The notes beneath the pieces were generated by a model. That model was not told where the DNA came from. It worked only from the letters and a program-made list of their open reading frames with translations, and did no database searches. The position numbers were made by a program, and so were the translations under genes. Below are positions 10,846 through 24,259 of a stretch of DNA of 64,000 bases, piece by piece (within the stretch, counting starts at the first letter, position 1; the number at the start of each line of letters is the position of its first letter). The stretch spans positions 356,220 through 420,219 of the forward strand of contig JAAOMT010000779.1 in assembly GCA_016748015.1 (NCBI GenBank), written 5' to 3'. The stretch comes from Geosiphon pyriformis uo1 (taxonomy: Eukaryota > Fungi > Glomeromycota).

Positions 10846-11934
10846 TGTTACAGGTAAACTTGGTGGGTATGCAAAATGGTAATGTTTGGTGTTCTTAATT
10901 ATTGATGATGTGTTTTCTGTATAATTTTGTTGGCTTAGTTTTGATTATCAGTCTCTGAAGGTCTATTCCTGGATGTGAATTTTATCTGTTGAGTTCTTTG
11001 GTTATAAGGCACAGAGTTTGTCTTTCGTCGATTACAACGTTTTTCGTAAATGTGAGCTTTCTTCTCCGAGCTAATGAGCACAGTTATTAGGGTCTGGCAT
11101 TGTCTTTTTGCCCTTCTGGTAAGTTAACAAGATAATGTTAATATCCAAAACTTAGGGGGAGCTTCTTTCTTTTACCAGGCTATCATGAAGTCTATTCCCA
11201 AACAGTCAATTTTACTATGTTGTTGCTCCATAAAAAATTAAGACAAAAAAAGAAAAAAAAAGAAAAAGAAAAGAAAAGAAAGAAAAGATAAATTAGTATC
11301 GTCAATTGCCATGATCAAAAGTGATTGGTTCAAATCATTAATAGGTTCAAAGTGGTTATGTTAAGAGCATCTGTTCTAGAATGGAGGTACGAAACAAGGG
11401 TTAATTCATGTAAATTTCACGAAGTTCGAGAACATGAATTCACGATTCTGATTTCTTTTAATAATTGATTTATTTCAGGAGATGAAATAGGGAAGATAAT
11501 AAAGAATGAAAGGGTATGGATATTTTAATTTCTGGTCTAGAGATTCATATCTATTTTTTTCTTTTTTTCTTTTCTCACTTCTACAACTACTTGCTTTTAT
11601 ACATTCTTTTGGTTTTACAGGATTGCTTTCAATTGTCTCACTATCACTAGCTATTGCTTTGTTGTTTCTATTATTGCTTCGTTTTTCTACATTATCACTA
11701 GTTATCCTATGTTATAACACATTATTTGATGTTATTACATGTTATTCTGTGTTATCCTGCGTTATAACATGTTATCCTACGTTATTGTGTGCTATTCTGT
11801 GTTATCCTGCGTTATAACACGTTATCCAACATTATAACATGTTATCCAACATTATTGCATGTTATTCTGTGTTATGTCATGTTTTTGGTCACATTTCTTC
11901 ATAACTTTGGATCGGTTTTTTTACTCAGATAACA
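10846..11934 (-). repeat. G1 5' LTR
   Basis: TGTTAC...ATAACA termini; adjacent to the PBS. Confidence 0.97.
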
Positions 11935-11938
11935 ATGC

Positions 11939-13753
11939 AAAAAAAATCCTGTTCAAAAGAATCTTGGAAAAAATTTTACAAGTTGTCTCAATCAAAGCAA
12001 TAGGATAAGTGTTCGTAAGAACACCCTTTCACTCATATGGTTTGGAGATCATTGACACCCAAGTCTTCTTTTAAGGCCCAGGAATAAATTCACAATCCAA
12101 GCAAAAGTTCAAAAGCACCAAAAGCATATCCAAAACTGATTTGTCACAATGTTTTCATAACTCATTTGAGATACTAAAAAGACCAGCCACTTTCCCATCA
12201 GGCAGATTTGAGATAACACCAGACATCTTATTGAAGTTAATTAAACACATCACATCAGAGAAGACATCATTAAAAACATACTCCAAAGACTAGTATTAGC
12301 AATGCCATACACCAGAGACAATAGAAACCACATTGCGCTTTCTAGTTCATTCTTCTATGATCACATTCACTTTGGTTCTAACCAGATCAGATTCCAAAAC
12401 TAATTCATCATTCATAACCAGATAATCTAAAGTCACTTTGCAAAAGAAATGTTCTAACACACTCCTAATAGTATAATTTTTGTTTAATTCGAAACTTTTC
12501 ATTTTCTTATCTATTGCTGACCTGATTTTAGATTCCCTAACATGTTCCACTTCCAACATTTTGGAAGAGTAATATGACTTTCTAACTTTGGACAAAACTG
12601 ACCAAATGGCATCAAAGAAGGAACCTGACAGAAAAAAAAACTTCATTACAGAAGCATTAATTGAATTCAAACTTTCCTACTTGTCAAGCAAGAATGTAAA
12701 TTCTTCAAAAGAATTCAAACAAAACGTCTTAACCAACTTTGACACTAAGAGCTCCAGCTTGTGAAATTTGAATGACTTCTTAACAAAAACGTGATCATAA
12801 TTTTTAAACTATTTCTTCTTAAAAACTGCCTCAGCAAATAAACATAATACTTTACAGAGAACAACTTACATCGCATCCAAGTCTGAGTGCATTCTGGTCA
12901 CAAGAAAGTTGTCATACAACATAGCAGCATTTGCCACCGTATCATCCTTAAATTTGGCCCATTTAATATTATCCGCCCCTTTGCAATTGTACTTCCAACA
13001 ATTTTTATTTGCTTGTTTGCGAATAGAATTTAGTCAGACATCAAGCAAACCATCTATATTTACCAACACTAAAACAGTCTGATGATCAGTATCAAAGTAT
13101 TCCTTAACACCAAACACACCATGACCCACCACTGCATTGACCAAGTTCAAAGAAATGAGCACATAATCTATCATCTTGACAATGCCTTGAGAATTGGACT
13201 AAGTTGGTGCTTTTTCACAAGAGCTCTCACCTAAGGCATTAACTAAACCAAAATCTAAACATTTCTTGAAACTTGTACACTTACTGAAACCATCTTCATT
13301 AAAATTACCTCCAAGAATAATGAAAGAAGATTTATTGACAGTCTTAGCAATAAGAGAATTGATATCACCAGTCTGAGAAAACTGGGCTACTGAAAAGACT
13401 TCAGCATAAAGCCCTAAAATTGACACTGAAAGTTTGTTTTTGAAAAGCAACTTGATAGACAGAAGCTGACCAGGCACTTCTGAAATTTTGCATATATGTC
13501 TTGTCAAAAAAGAGTTCATAACAACCACAACACCAGCACCCAGATAACCAGATTTTAAACCAGAGGTAAACACTTGCACATCATCAAATTTGTTGACAAT
13601 TCAGAGGTGAATCTTCCCTCTTAACTTTGATTCTGTGAAAATAGAAACTAAATTGTTCTTTTCCTTGTGCCAATGAATGATATCATCCTGCTTAGCAGGA
13701 TTGTTTATTCCTCTAACATTACAAATTACAACTTTCCAGATCATATCACTCAT
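11939..13753 (-). pseudogene. LINE-A ORF2 5' part: APE endonuclease, linker and start of RT
   Basis: ICNVRGIN, GVVVV and ILGGNFN (GDFN) motifs; ORF pieces 13199-13579 and 12347-12670. Confidence 0.88.
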
Positions 13754-15543
13754 TGAGAAGAAAGAGGGGTAGAAGCCGAACCAGTATTGTCTATTTTAGC
13801 TGAAAGGCTTATAACTGTGATCAAAAAATTGTTTAATGTTTCCTTCATTTTCAAGATAACTACAGAATTGAAAACCACCACTCCTGCAACAGTTTCACTA
13901 CTAGTGACCACACCCAAACTCTCACTCATTACTATATCTGCCTCTTGATTCTATAATAAAGAGATCATCAACAGCTGACATTTAGGGCTAAGCTAAGAAA
14001 CCATTGGCTCAGGTGTGTCCAACCTCTTAGCCAGCATGTCAATATGCTCTGTGAGGCTGGTAAAATTGCACTCAAGAGTGGCAAACCTATCACTCAATTC
14101 TGAAGATACCAGTGGGATAGGCTTCATCTCCAAAGAGAAGCCAGCTTTCAACAAAACATTCCAAGCAGAAAGAGAAGGAAAAGAAGACTCACCAGCAATT
14201 TATGTCCATGAGACACCACCAAAAGAAACAGAATAGGTAATTGGAGCTAAACATTTGGTGTATATGGCAGCCAGCCTACTTTTATCCAAGTCCAAGAGAG
14301 TCTTCCATAATGAAGCACCAGAAGAGACATTCTTTTTCCCACCAACAGGACAGGTCAATAACATATGGCCCAATTTCTTACACTCAGCACACTTGGCTGA
14401 AACAAAATAAGACCAGTGCAGATTGGCCTCCTTTAGTACAGACATGGTTTCTATAACAGCATCCAATAATTCAGCAGGATCAAAACAAACAGTAGCACAC
14501 CTGGCCTGAGCATAAGAAACCAGGTAATGGTCAATTACACAAGTTTTCCCACCCACTGAGACAACATAATCTCAAATATCATGTGCATTGGTTTCTATTG
14601 ATAGAGTATACAAAAGGGCTTTGTAAATATCTTGTGCATTCCATGATTCTTTGTTTATGTCAGATCTAGCAATGCACACAGCATTTTTCCCAATCAGGAT
14701 AGATCAATATGCTGCGACCAAATCAGTATGCTCAACCTTTCCAAATTCAACCACTGTTTTCTGCCACAGCCCCACCAATTGCATATTAATCGACTTAATA
14801 ATGCCAAACTTAGATAGTGCAGTATGCACAGTCTTAGTTAATATACCAATTGGAATCTTCTTTAACACCACAGTCCAATCTGAATGTCCAGATGATTTTT
14901 TGAGATCGAAGTTTACCATAATCTTTGCTTTTTCAGCCTTTTTGGAAGCCTGCACCAGACTTAATTTAGAAGTAAACATTGCTCTGATGATCTCAACAAA
15001 TTTTGAGGAAGTAAAGGCCCTCCCAAAACCATTGACTTTTGAAAACAACTTCTTGACTACTTGAAGCTTTTCTTAAGAAGATTTTCTAACCATCTTGTCC
15101 AAACCAATATCCAAAATAAAGAACTTATGAACAGAAATGTTAACCAGATTCTTTAAAGGTGGGGGGAGTTCTAATGAAGCATCTAAAAGAATACTATTCT
15201 CATTGTTGCTTATAGAGAAATCAATTTTTCCTAAAGGTTTGCCCAATGCCTTCTTGGTTTTAACTTTTGAACTAATAGATGTTTAATTAGGATCACCAGC
15301 AATAGCACTACCTTCACCATAATCAAAACTGGTCTCTTTCACCAGACATTCCTCTTTCATATCAATGCTATCAGATTCAGTAGTGTCACTAGTCTTTGAA
15401 CTTCATGAGCAACTAATTTGGACCTTAAAACCAACAATATTACCACCAGAACCATTCTCTAAAACACCATCTCTCCTTTTTTTTCTTGGAAGAACAGATT
15501 TGAAGCCATCACCAGAACCAGAGACCTTAGCAGCCTTTTTCAT
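13750..15543 (-). pseudogene. LINE-A ORF1 (RRM-like domains + CCHC zinc knuckle), with premature stops
   Basis: ATG at 15543 (MKKAAKVSGSG). ORF pieces 14704-15048 and 14200-14556, the latter containing CAECKKLGHMLLTC. Ends ...PLSSQ* at 13750-13752. Confidence 0.85.
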
Positions 15544-15894
15544 GACAGCAATACTACAGCTAATGGTGGCCTCATAATCAAGAATAAAAGGTTTGGATTT
15601 ATTGTACTAAATTGTAAAAAACTTTTTTCAAAAAAACTGACTCTTTTTTGGGAATTTGGGATGAATGAGAGAAAAAAGTTTTTCAATTTGGTTTATTTAT
15701 ATTATAAAATATTAAATTTATATATATTTAATATATTTTTTTGTTATAATTTTCTTTAATTATTTTTTATTATTTTTAATAATTTTTATTATTATTATTT
15801 ATTAACTTATTATTTAACTTATAATATAATAATATTTTTTGTAAAATTATTTTGTTTTTTATTATATAAATAATTAAAAAAATACTTTGTAATA

Positions 15895-16713
15895 TTTTTT
15901 TTAATTTTAATGAGTGAAATTCAACTGTTATTTAATATATAGAACCAAACTAAGTAGCTTAAACTAAATATAATTCATATATTTTTTATATATGATTAAC
16001 TATTTAAGCCAGATAAAGCAATATTATATATTTATATGAATTTTTATATTATTATTCAAGTTAGAAAAAACAAATACAGTTTGCATTTACCAAAACTAAT
16101 AGCAAAAAATTTAATTATTTCTAAAAAATAAATTATATTATCTGATAAACCAGTTATTAAGCCAGTAGTTAAATCAGATATTATACTATTATTATTTATT
16201 AAATTTGCTCTCTCAATATCTGTTTTAAACTTAATCATAATAAACTATACTCTTAAATAATAAATTTTTACTAATTATCTCATATATACAATTACAGTAT
16301 TCAAAGTTTTTTTCTTGTTATTAAACATTATTATAGCTTTTAAATATTATTTTTTTAGCACAAATTTCTTGTAAATTGTAACATACAAACTTATATTAAC
16401 CAAATATTTAGAAAAAGTTTTTAGTATGACAGAAAAAAAGAAAGTACAAACACCAATTAAAAAAAATCAGATGTTAAAAAGCTTAATCAGAATTTTTTTA
16501 TAAACAAAAACATATTTAGAGTAAATAAAAACATGATCTAAAAATTTTATTTTCTTATACAATAAACATAATATTCTAAAGTATTTCTTATCATACAATT
16601 TTTTTTTAATAGTTACAAGCAAATATTTATGTACAGCTTTTATTAAATATATATACAGATTGGCAAATTTATTGTTTATAAAACCAGAAAACATGTGTAA
16701 ATTAGGATGTTAT
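15895..16713 (-). mobile_element. LINE 3' fragment (ORF2 zinc-knuckle C-terminus, 3' tail, poly-A); continues at 37645-37800 across G3
   Basis: LCLLYKKIKFLDHVF (degenerate CxxC..HxxxC); C-terminus similar to LINE-C 45050-45272; reads ..MKV*|HPNLHM across the G3 TSD. Confidence 0.8.
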
Positions 16714-17617
16714 TGTTACAGATAATTATTTAGAGTGTTGGTACAAATAACAAACTTATAACTTAGTGTTTAATAGCTTGATAATATTAGTAATATCTAA
16801 AGATTTTAGTTGAATCTTTTATATAATAAACAAAGATTCAATAGATAGTTTCTTCTATGAATTTTTTTTTAGTATAATAGCTGGTTTAATCTGGCAATTA
16901 TGCTTTTTTAATAAACTATCCTTAAATTTTTACTTTTATCTTTGAGTTTTTTACCAGATTATTTTTAATATCAAATATTTAGCACTTAATTTTTTTTAAT
17001 TAATTAGTAAACAACAAAAAAAACAAAACAAAAAAATAATGAAAATAAAAGAAAATAAAAAATTAGTATTTTATCAATAGTTATAATCAAAAGCTATTGA
17101 TCCAATGTAATTAAATATTGAATTCTATTAATATAGAGTATTAATAGAATAAAAATGATTAATATTTCTTAATTAAGCAATAATAATATGGATTTAGGTG
17201 ATAATAAATATTTTATTAATATGTAATTTGATTTTGTTTCAAATTGTAAAAAACCATCTTTTAAAGAAAAAAGTATTAGATAATTAATTAATTGTTGGTA
17301 TTGATTCTGTCTTTTATGTTTTTAATATTTTTACTATATATATATAATTTTTGTTATATAAAATCTTATATTTTCTTAAGCAATATGTCCTATTTTTTCT
17401 AATAATGCTTTTATTACTAAGCAATATATCATAATTTTCTGATAATATGTTCATTGCTAAGCAGTGTGTCATAATTCACTAACAATATACACATTGTTAA
17501 GCAATATGTCATAATTTTTTGACATTATGCTTACTTGCTAAGTATTATTTTCCTATTGGTCTATTTTTCTATTTGTTTTTTCTACTTTCTTTTTTTGTAT
17601 TTTTTCTATAAATAATA
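16714..17617 (-). repeat. G3 3' LTR (contains a ~40-bp tandem array at ~17375-17545)
   Basis: TGTTACA start; repeat unit ttgctaagcaatatgtcataattttctgacaat... Confidence 0.88.
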
Positions 17618-17634
17618 TTATTTTCTTTTTTAAT

Positions 17635-18240
17635 ATTAAGCTCTGTTAAAATTTTTATTTTGAATTAAGTTTATTATTTTTTTTAATATTGTTTATTCAA
17701 TTTTGTTCCTTATTTTTTTATATTAAAAGTTGTTTATTCTTCTTTATTGATTAACAGTTATTGTTTCTATTTTTTAGTATAGCAGTATTTTTGGATAACT
17801 TTAAAATATGGTATGTAGTTAGTAAATTGTTTTGATGTATAGTTTGGATTTTGTCTTTTTTTTCATAAAATCTTCAATTTATTGTACTATTTCTTGATTG
17901 AATATTCTTTTGAATTTATTAATATATAATTTCTGGATATTTAGCTTTTGTTTCAATTGATAATAATAGTATAATACTGGAAGTTGTTCTATTTATAGCT
18001 TTCAGTTTTCTTTAATTAGCTCTTTTGTTAAGATTATTAATAGTATTTTCCCAAAAGTGTTTATTACTTTTTCTATAACTTTATTTAACTAGTGTTTTGT
18101 TTGATTCTGTGGTTACTGATATGTAGTGCTTTTTGCTTTTTTTGCTTTTTGGTGTTTTGATAACAAATAATTTGGTAATTAATAACAATTTCTATGTTTA
18201 ATTATTGTTAATTTATGATCTAAAATAATTGTTGTACTAT
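17635..18240 (-). pseudogene. G3 ORF3 remnant
   Basis: PVLYYYQLKQKLNIQKLY..IFNQEIVQ..LYIKTIY..ITVN aligns with ORF3 of G1 and G2. Confidence 0.72.
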
Positions 18241-18489
18241 TGTGTATATTGAAATTTTGATGTGTTTGTTGTTTTTGGCTGGTATATAAAGATTAATAAT
18301 GGCAATTTTTCTTAATTTACAAATGTTTGTTTCTGTTTCAAAAATTTGGGATTGGTCTTTTACTTTTTTTTTTATAACTATCATATATTAGTTATATGAT
18401 AAAATAAAAATTGATTAATGAATAGAAATAATTTCTCTTTTATTAATTGTTTCTTCTTCTGTTATATTAACTGGTATATTTATTCTACT

Positions 18490-18880
18490 CATTAATTTGA
18501 ATTTTTTTATCTTTTTTACTGTAATTCCTAACTCTTTCCTTATTTTTACTAATATTAACTAAGCTATTTTAATTAGAGACAAAAATATTGTCTGTAGTAT
18601 CTTTTTATTTGGTTCAATTATATATATCTTTTCCAAGTTGTTTTGTAGTATTGTAATAATATTTCTTATATATCTTGTATTAATTATTTTTCTTTTGATA
18701 TTAATCTTTTTTTTCACTAAACTAAATCTAAAGACTAGTTGAATTATTGTTATTACTGAAATTTTCAGTGCTATTTTCAGATCTATACTAATATGTAAAT
18801 GAAATTCCAATCTGATAGCAGTTTTCCTTAAATACTTAAAATCAAACTCTGTATTGGTATTATATGCATGTTCTGACATA
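18490..18880 (-). pseudogene. dut: G3 dUTPase domain
   Basis: NTEFDF, FRFSL, IINTRYIRNI, KILQTIF (degenerate dUTPase motifs). Confidence 0.8.
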
Positions 18881-19979
18881 ATATTTTTATTATTATTGCT
18901 AAACCATTTTAGTTCTTATTCCATTAACAAATCTGGAAGTGCAATATACTGTTTGGAGTGGTAATTGGAATTTGAATTGTCATTGTTATTGTTATAATAA
19001 ATAGAATTAGAATCATTGTTGTCATTATTGTCAAAGTCTGAATTGTAATTGATTTTCAATTCTGATTCTGATATGTATTCGCTAATTGGTTCTTTTTTTT
19101 TGGAAATTGAATAAATTATGCATAATAGTAGATTTTAAATAAGATCACAATTATTACAATATTCAAAATCACTGAAAATTAGGCAATATTTACAAAGTCT
19201 TGTATTTAACTGTTTCAAATACTGTTTTTTTTTTTTTAATAGGTGCTAAGTCTTAATAGTATTTATAAAATTGTTCTGAATCATTTAGAATATTAATAAA
19301 TACATCTGAATTAAAAATGAAAACAGTTTTGATTGGTTTTGGTAGATTATTCTTGATTGTTAATATTTTATTAAGTAAAATGTCTTTAACTTTGGCACTT
19401 ATCATTTGCCAAATTTTGTCTTCATTATATAAGTAGTCATTCAAGTATAAAAGTGCTCAATTTTATGTAACATTAAAAAATATTTCTTAGCTTACCCAAT
19501 CACTTATTAGGATCATGTATTAATACAATATGTTATATGTTTAATCAAGAATATTATTCTATATTTTTTTATTAAGTAATGTTTTTCTACAAGTGAGATA
19601 TGGTTTGTTGTTCTATTTTTTTTGTCATTTAGGGTGATTAAAGTATTCTTAATAACATAACTTGTAGTGATAATAAGCACATATTTAGTAGTTTTTGTTT
19701 AGTAAAATCCAAGCTCTCATAAATAAAAGCTTTTCTTTATAATTAATATACTTAAATAGAATATATAACAGTTTTTTTTTTGTGTTCATAAAATAAGATT
19801 AGTTTTAATTACTAGTTATTTTTTTGGTGGCTGTGATGACTTTTGGTTTATTTTCTTTCTTTTTTTTTTTGTCATTTTAAAAAAGTATTAGTGGTAATTT
19901 GTTGTGTTTATCTTTAGCCCATAAAACTTAATAAACTTCTCAGATAGGTTTTGTTTTCTTTTTTCAAATTTGATTAGTA

Positions 19980-22640
19980 ATAATTAAGTAGTAGTGTTTG
20001 ATTTGAAGTAGCTATAAGTAGCAAATATCTGAGTTTGCTAACTATTTTAATTAAGCTATAGCTCCTAAATATTTCAGTTGAGCATAGTATTGGTTTTGGA
20101 CAGCCAGTTATTATCAATAAAAGTCTGGTACTGTATGGTTTCTATTACAAAAACCTTGATAAATGCCATAATACTATTAATTTCAAATGAGAAGTTGTCA
20201 ATTTTACCAATAAAAATTTTTATTATTTCATTGATTGTAATTATTCTGGCACTAGCAGCACAATCAACTTAATAACTTAATTAGTTCATAAGTTGTCATG
20301 TGATAATGTTGTCTGCTAAACTACTATTAAAGATTAGTTTAATAAGGTGGCTATTAACTTTAATATTAATATACATAGTGGTAATTGGTTTGGTATTGAG
20401 AACAGCTTTATTAAACAAGAGTGTTTCTAATTGGATTTCTAATTCGAAGAAAAATATAGCTACAAATAATTCATCTTTTATAATAGTTGCTAGTAGAATA
20501 TTGTTGGTAAGTGTTTGGTTAATTTCCAAATTGTTAGATGCATTGTCTTCTGGAATAACCAGAAGACTTAAATAGTTTTGAAAATTTGAGTTTTAAGTAT
20601 ATTCACTTTTTAAACTCTGCTGGCATAATTCTGATAGTTAATTTGATAAACTGAAAATTGGTTGGTACTTTATTATTGCTGATCTCCAATTCTGTTCTGT
20701 GTAAGTAATTTTTAATCTTTGGTTACTAGTTAATATTTAACTTAGATTTTGTAGTAATGCTTAAATTGATAATAGTTAATAGATAATTTGTGATTATGGC
20801 TGATAAATGATTTGTAACTGTAACTAATAGATGATTAATGCTAAAGTTTAATATATTAGAGATGAATATATTGGGTATTGTGTTATTAAGATATAATAAG
20901 ATTAATATTGTTTCTAATTTTGAGTGTAATTTAAAGTTTAAAACTGGTGATTAGGGTTTTAATATTGATTTTTTAATTATTAGTTATTTAACTTTACATG
21001 GCAGTTTAATTTTAAGTGTTTTTGTTTATTACAATAGTGGCAGATATGTGTTTCTTGCTGTCACAATTGGTTAGTTGATAAAGATGATAGATGTAATTGA
21101 CTTTAGAAATAATTGGAGTTTCTTTAATTGTTACAATATTGTGAAAATTGATAGATTGTCTAATTGTTAACTAAGTATTCCTTAATTTTTTGATTAATGG
21201 CTTTATCAAATTGTTTCAATTTAATATTCAATTCAAATGATTTGTTTATTACTAAGTTGACAGCATGGGCATAGTTGGCTTCAAATTCAGCTAATTCAAA
21301 ATTTTAGGTGTGTGTAATTGTATTTTGAAGTGTATTTGGGTCTATTGGACATATTTTTTGTAAAAAACTGCTGTATAATCTGCAAATAAACTGGTTCAAA
21401 ATTTGTGTTTTGGTAAAATAATCAGCTTGTATTGTCTGTATTTGATGCAAATTTCTGTAGAAATGTTCTAAATAAGTAGTAACTGCTTCAATTTCACCTT
21501 GTTTAAGTATGGTAAAACTAGTTAATAACCAATTAATACTGTTATAATCACTAAAATATTATAGAAACATGGTTTTAAATATGTTAAAAGTTTGTGATTT
21601 GTTGATAAAGTTCTAATATCACAAGTTGGCAGTATTTTATAAGAAGTAGAAAATGGCTTGAAAGACTTTAACATTGTTCTAGTTATTGGCTATAATTGTC
21701 TTGGTAATGTTGTTCAACTATGTTTGAATATTGTTTTCTTTACTGGTAAATTTTTTAAGTTTAACAATAAGTGTATATGTCATAGATGTTTGCTGTTACT
21801 GTTGTGGTTGTTATTGAAGTTGTTATTATGGTGAGATAATTAGTACAACTAGTAGATTGATTATAATTACTAAAGGTAAGTCTTGCTGAATAATTGGAAT
21901 AGAATTTAAATTGTTTAAATTTTACAAAGTTTAAATAATCAAAGTTTGTATTTTCAAGTTATTTAGAATTAGATTTTGGTTATTATTTTCTTGATTACTG
22001 TTTTCTTTTTCTTTTGGATCAGTATTTTTTTAACAACTAGTGGATCCGAAATCTGGTTAAAATAATGGTAATCAAAGTCTTGATAAGTTGTTGATTATAA
22101 TTTAAATTCTTTAAAATAATTGTCATATGTTTTTAATAATTTGGCTTTTTCTTAATTATTTTGGAATAATACTTTGGGTAATAGTGTTTTTATGGTATAT
22201 AATAGTATAATAGATAAATAAGTAAAATGACTCTTAATTTCTTCCAATTAAACAGTTGTATTTTTTTGGTGTTTCTATTAGTGTTTGTAATTTTTTTTTG
22301 TTTGCAAAAGTAAAAAAAAATTTCTGTTGGATGTAATTTTCAATTTTTTGTTTATTTTTATAATTATTGATACAAACAGATAATTTGGTAAAAGTGTAGT
22401 GTCTTAGAATAATTTATTATAGAAATTGTTGAGAATAGCTTTTGGATTCTTTTGGTCTTCTAAGTAGAATTTAATTTTTTTATTAATGTAATAATTGAAA
22501 GCTGATTTAATTGGCTAATTGTTTTTTGTTAATTTCAAATAATTTTGATAATGTTGAAATAAAAATTTTGCAAATTCTAAATAATTTTTTTCTATAATTT
22601 TTTGGTCTGTTATTTTTTTAGATGATTGATGTTAGTGTTA
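19980..22640 (-). pseudogene. G3 gag and protease, heavily decayed
   Basis: KLIFNSSLADNIIT (degenerate LILDSG) at ~20300; gag remnants at 21000-21760. Confidence 0.75.
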
Positions 22641-22677
22641 GTTTTTTGTTGGATTATACCTCACAGAGAGCACCAAA

Positions 22678-23395
22678 TATTATAAGTAATTATGTGGAAT
22701 GTTGATACAAATAAACCTGTAACTTGGTGCTTAATAGCTTGGTAATATTAGTAATATTTGAAGGTTTTGAAGTCTAAAGGTTTTGGTTAAGTTCTTTGTA
22801 TTATGAACAAAAATTCAATAAATAGTTTCTTCTGTGAATTTCTTTCTTTAGCATAATGACCAGTTTAATCTGACAGTTATGTTTTTTTGGTAAGCTATCT
22901 TTAAATTTCTACCCTTATTTCTGGATATTTTACTAAACTATTTTTGATGTCAAATACTTAGCACTTAATTTTTTAATCATTTAGTAAACAACAAAGAAAA
23001 CAAAACAAAAAAAATAAAAATAAAATAAGAAATTAGTATCTTATCAATAGTTGTGATCAAAAATTATTGGTTTAGTATGGTTAAGTATTAATAGAATGGA
23101 AGTAATTAATATTTCTTAATCAAGTAATAATAACATAAATTCAAATAATAATAGATATTTTATTAATGTGTAATTTGATTTTGCTTCAAGTTATAGAAAA
23201 CTACTTTTTGAAAGAAAAGATATTAAATTATTAATTGATTATTGATATTAATTCTGTCTTTTTTGCTTTTAATATTTTTATTATATATACATAATTTTTG
23301 TTATATAAGATCTCATATTTTCTTATATAATATGTACTATTTTCTTTAATAATACTCTTATTGCTAAGCAATATACTATAATTTTCTGACAATGT
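22678..23395 (-). repeat. G3 5' LTR, first segment (remainder at 33063-33091 and 37500-37644)
   Basis: Colinear with 16714-17445; preceded by PBS cctcacagagagcacca. Confidence 0.88.
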
Positions 23396-24246
23396 TGTTA
23401 TAGGATGGTTTTCTTGGTATATATTTAATTGCTGATATCCTGTCCTAATTACAATTAGTCTTTTGTGAATTCCTTAATTCTAATTGTATGATAATATTGG
23501 TATTTAAGCTGCTGGTTTCCTTTTGATGTCCTGATATAAGCTATTTTTCAATCTCTGATTATTGTATGTGTTTATGTACTCCTTTCCAGAGGCTGAACTG
23601 AAATCTACCTGCTGTCTGGGGTCTTTTCTGAGGCTATCTTTGCAATTGCCTAATGTGTTTCTCTAATCTAGAAACATGGAATGTTAATAGCCTTTAGTGC
23701 TTTTCTTAATTCTTACAATAAAGCTTTTATCAATTAGTAACAACGTGAATAATCTTGATCAAGGATTATTTTTCCAAAAAATTTAGCTAATGAATAATAG
23801 TTTCATTCAATAAATAATACAAGTAAGTTTTTTAACACTTTGGATTGTGATAATTTAGTTTTAAATATTCTTTTTCATTTCTTTTTAATTTAAAGGTTTC
23901 TTGAGATATTTTATTTAAAAGTACGATTTAAAGTGGAGTTTGTTGGATAAATTGAATCTATTACTTGATAAGTTATGATTTTTATTACTTCATTGCTTTT
24001 CTCAATATTAAAGCTACTGTATATATACATATTTGTAGTTCTATAAGAAAACATATTTTAATACTTTCTTTTTGATATTTCAATCTGGTGTTTGCTGCTA
24101 TTGTAAACTAGTGCTTATTACTATCATGAAATAGTGTTTGCTATTATGTTAATCATTACTTTTCTAAGATTATTACTGCACTATATTATAATTGAATAGT
24201 TTATATTATTTTTATGATTCTTTTTCTAAATTCTTAAACCATAACA
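23396..24246 (-). repeat. G2 3' LTR
   Basis: TGTTAT...ATAACA termini; direct repeat of 32208-33058. Confidence 0.96.
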
Positions 24247-24259
24247 TTATCCTCTCCTT

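Larger units (their letters stand above)
1723..11934 (-). mobile_element. G1: full-length Ty3/Gypsy LTR retrotransposon with dUTPase, separate integrase ORF and ORF3
   Basis: Two ~1.09-kb TG..CA LTRs; exact 4-bp TSD ATGC (1719-1722 and 11935-11938); PBS; PPT; domain order PR-RT-RH-IN. Confidence 0.97.
1..15680 (-). mobile_element. LINE-A, non-LTR retrotransposon (ORF1 + APE-RT-RNase H ORF2), decayed; interrupted by G1 at 1723-11934; 3' end lies outside the window
   Basis: 5' end motif near 15640-15670 is shared with LINE-B. ORF1 fragments carry RRM-like and CCHC motifs. ORF2 begins MSDMIWKVVICNVRGIN (APE), with RT 'AFVNDTIW' and RNase H 'LFINGSL..GAAVFF'. The sequence is continuous across the G1 TSD. 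Confidence 0.93.

Noticed and set aside
17375-17545. Regularly spaced ~40-bp repeats (and the 10/20-bp array at 2570-2750) as a CRISPR array
   Set aside because: They are contiguous tandem units without unique spacers, lie inside LTRs, and no cas genes are present.
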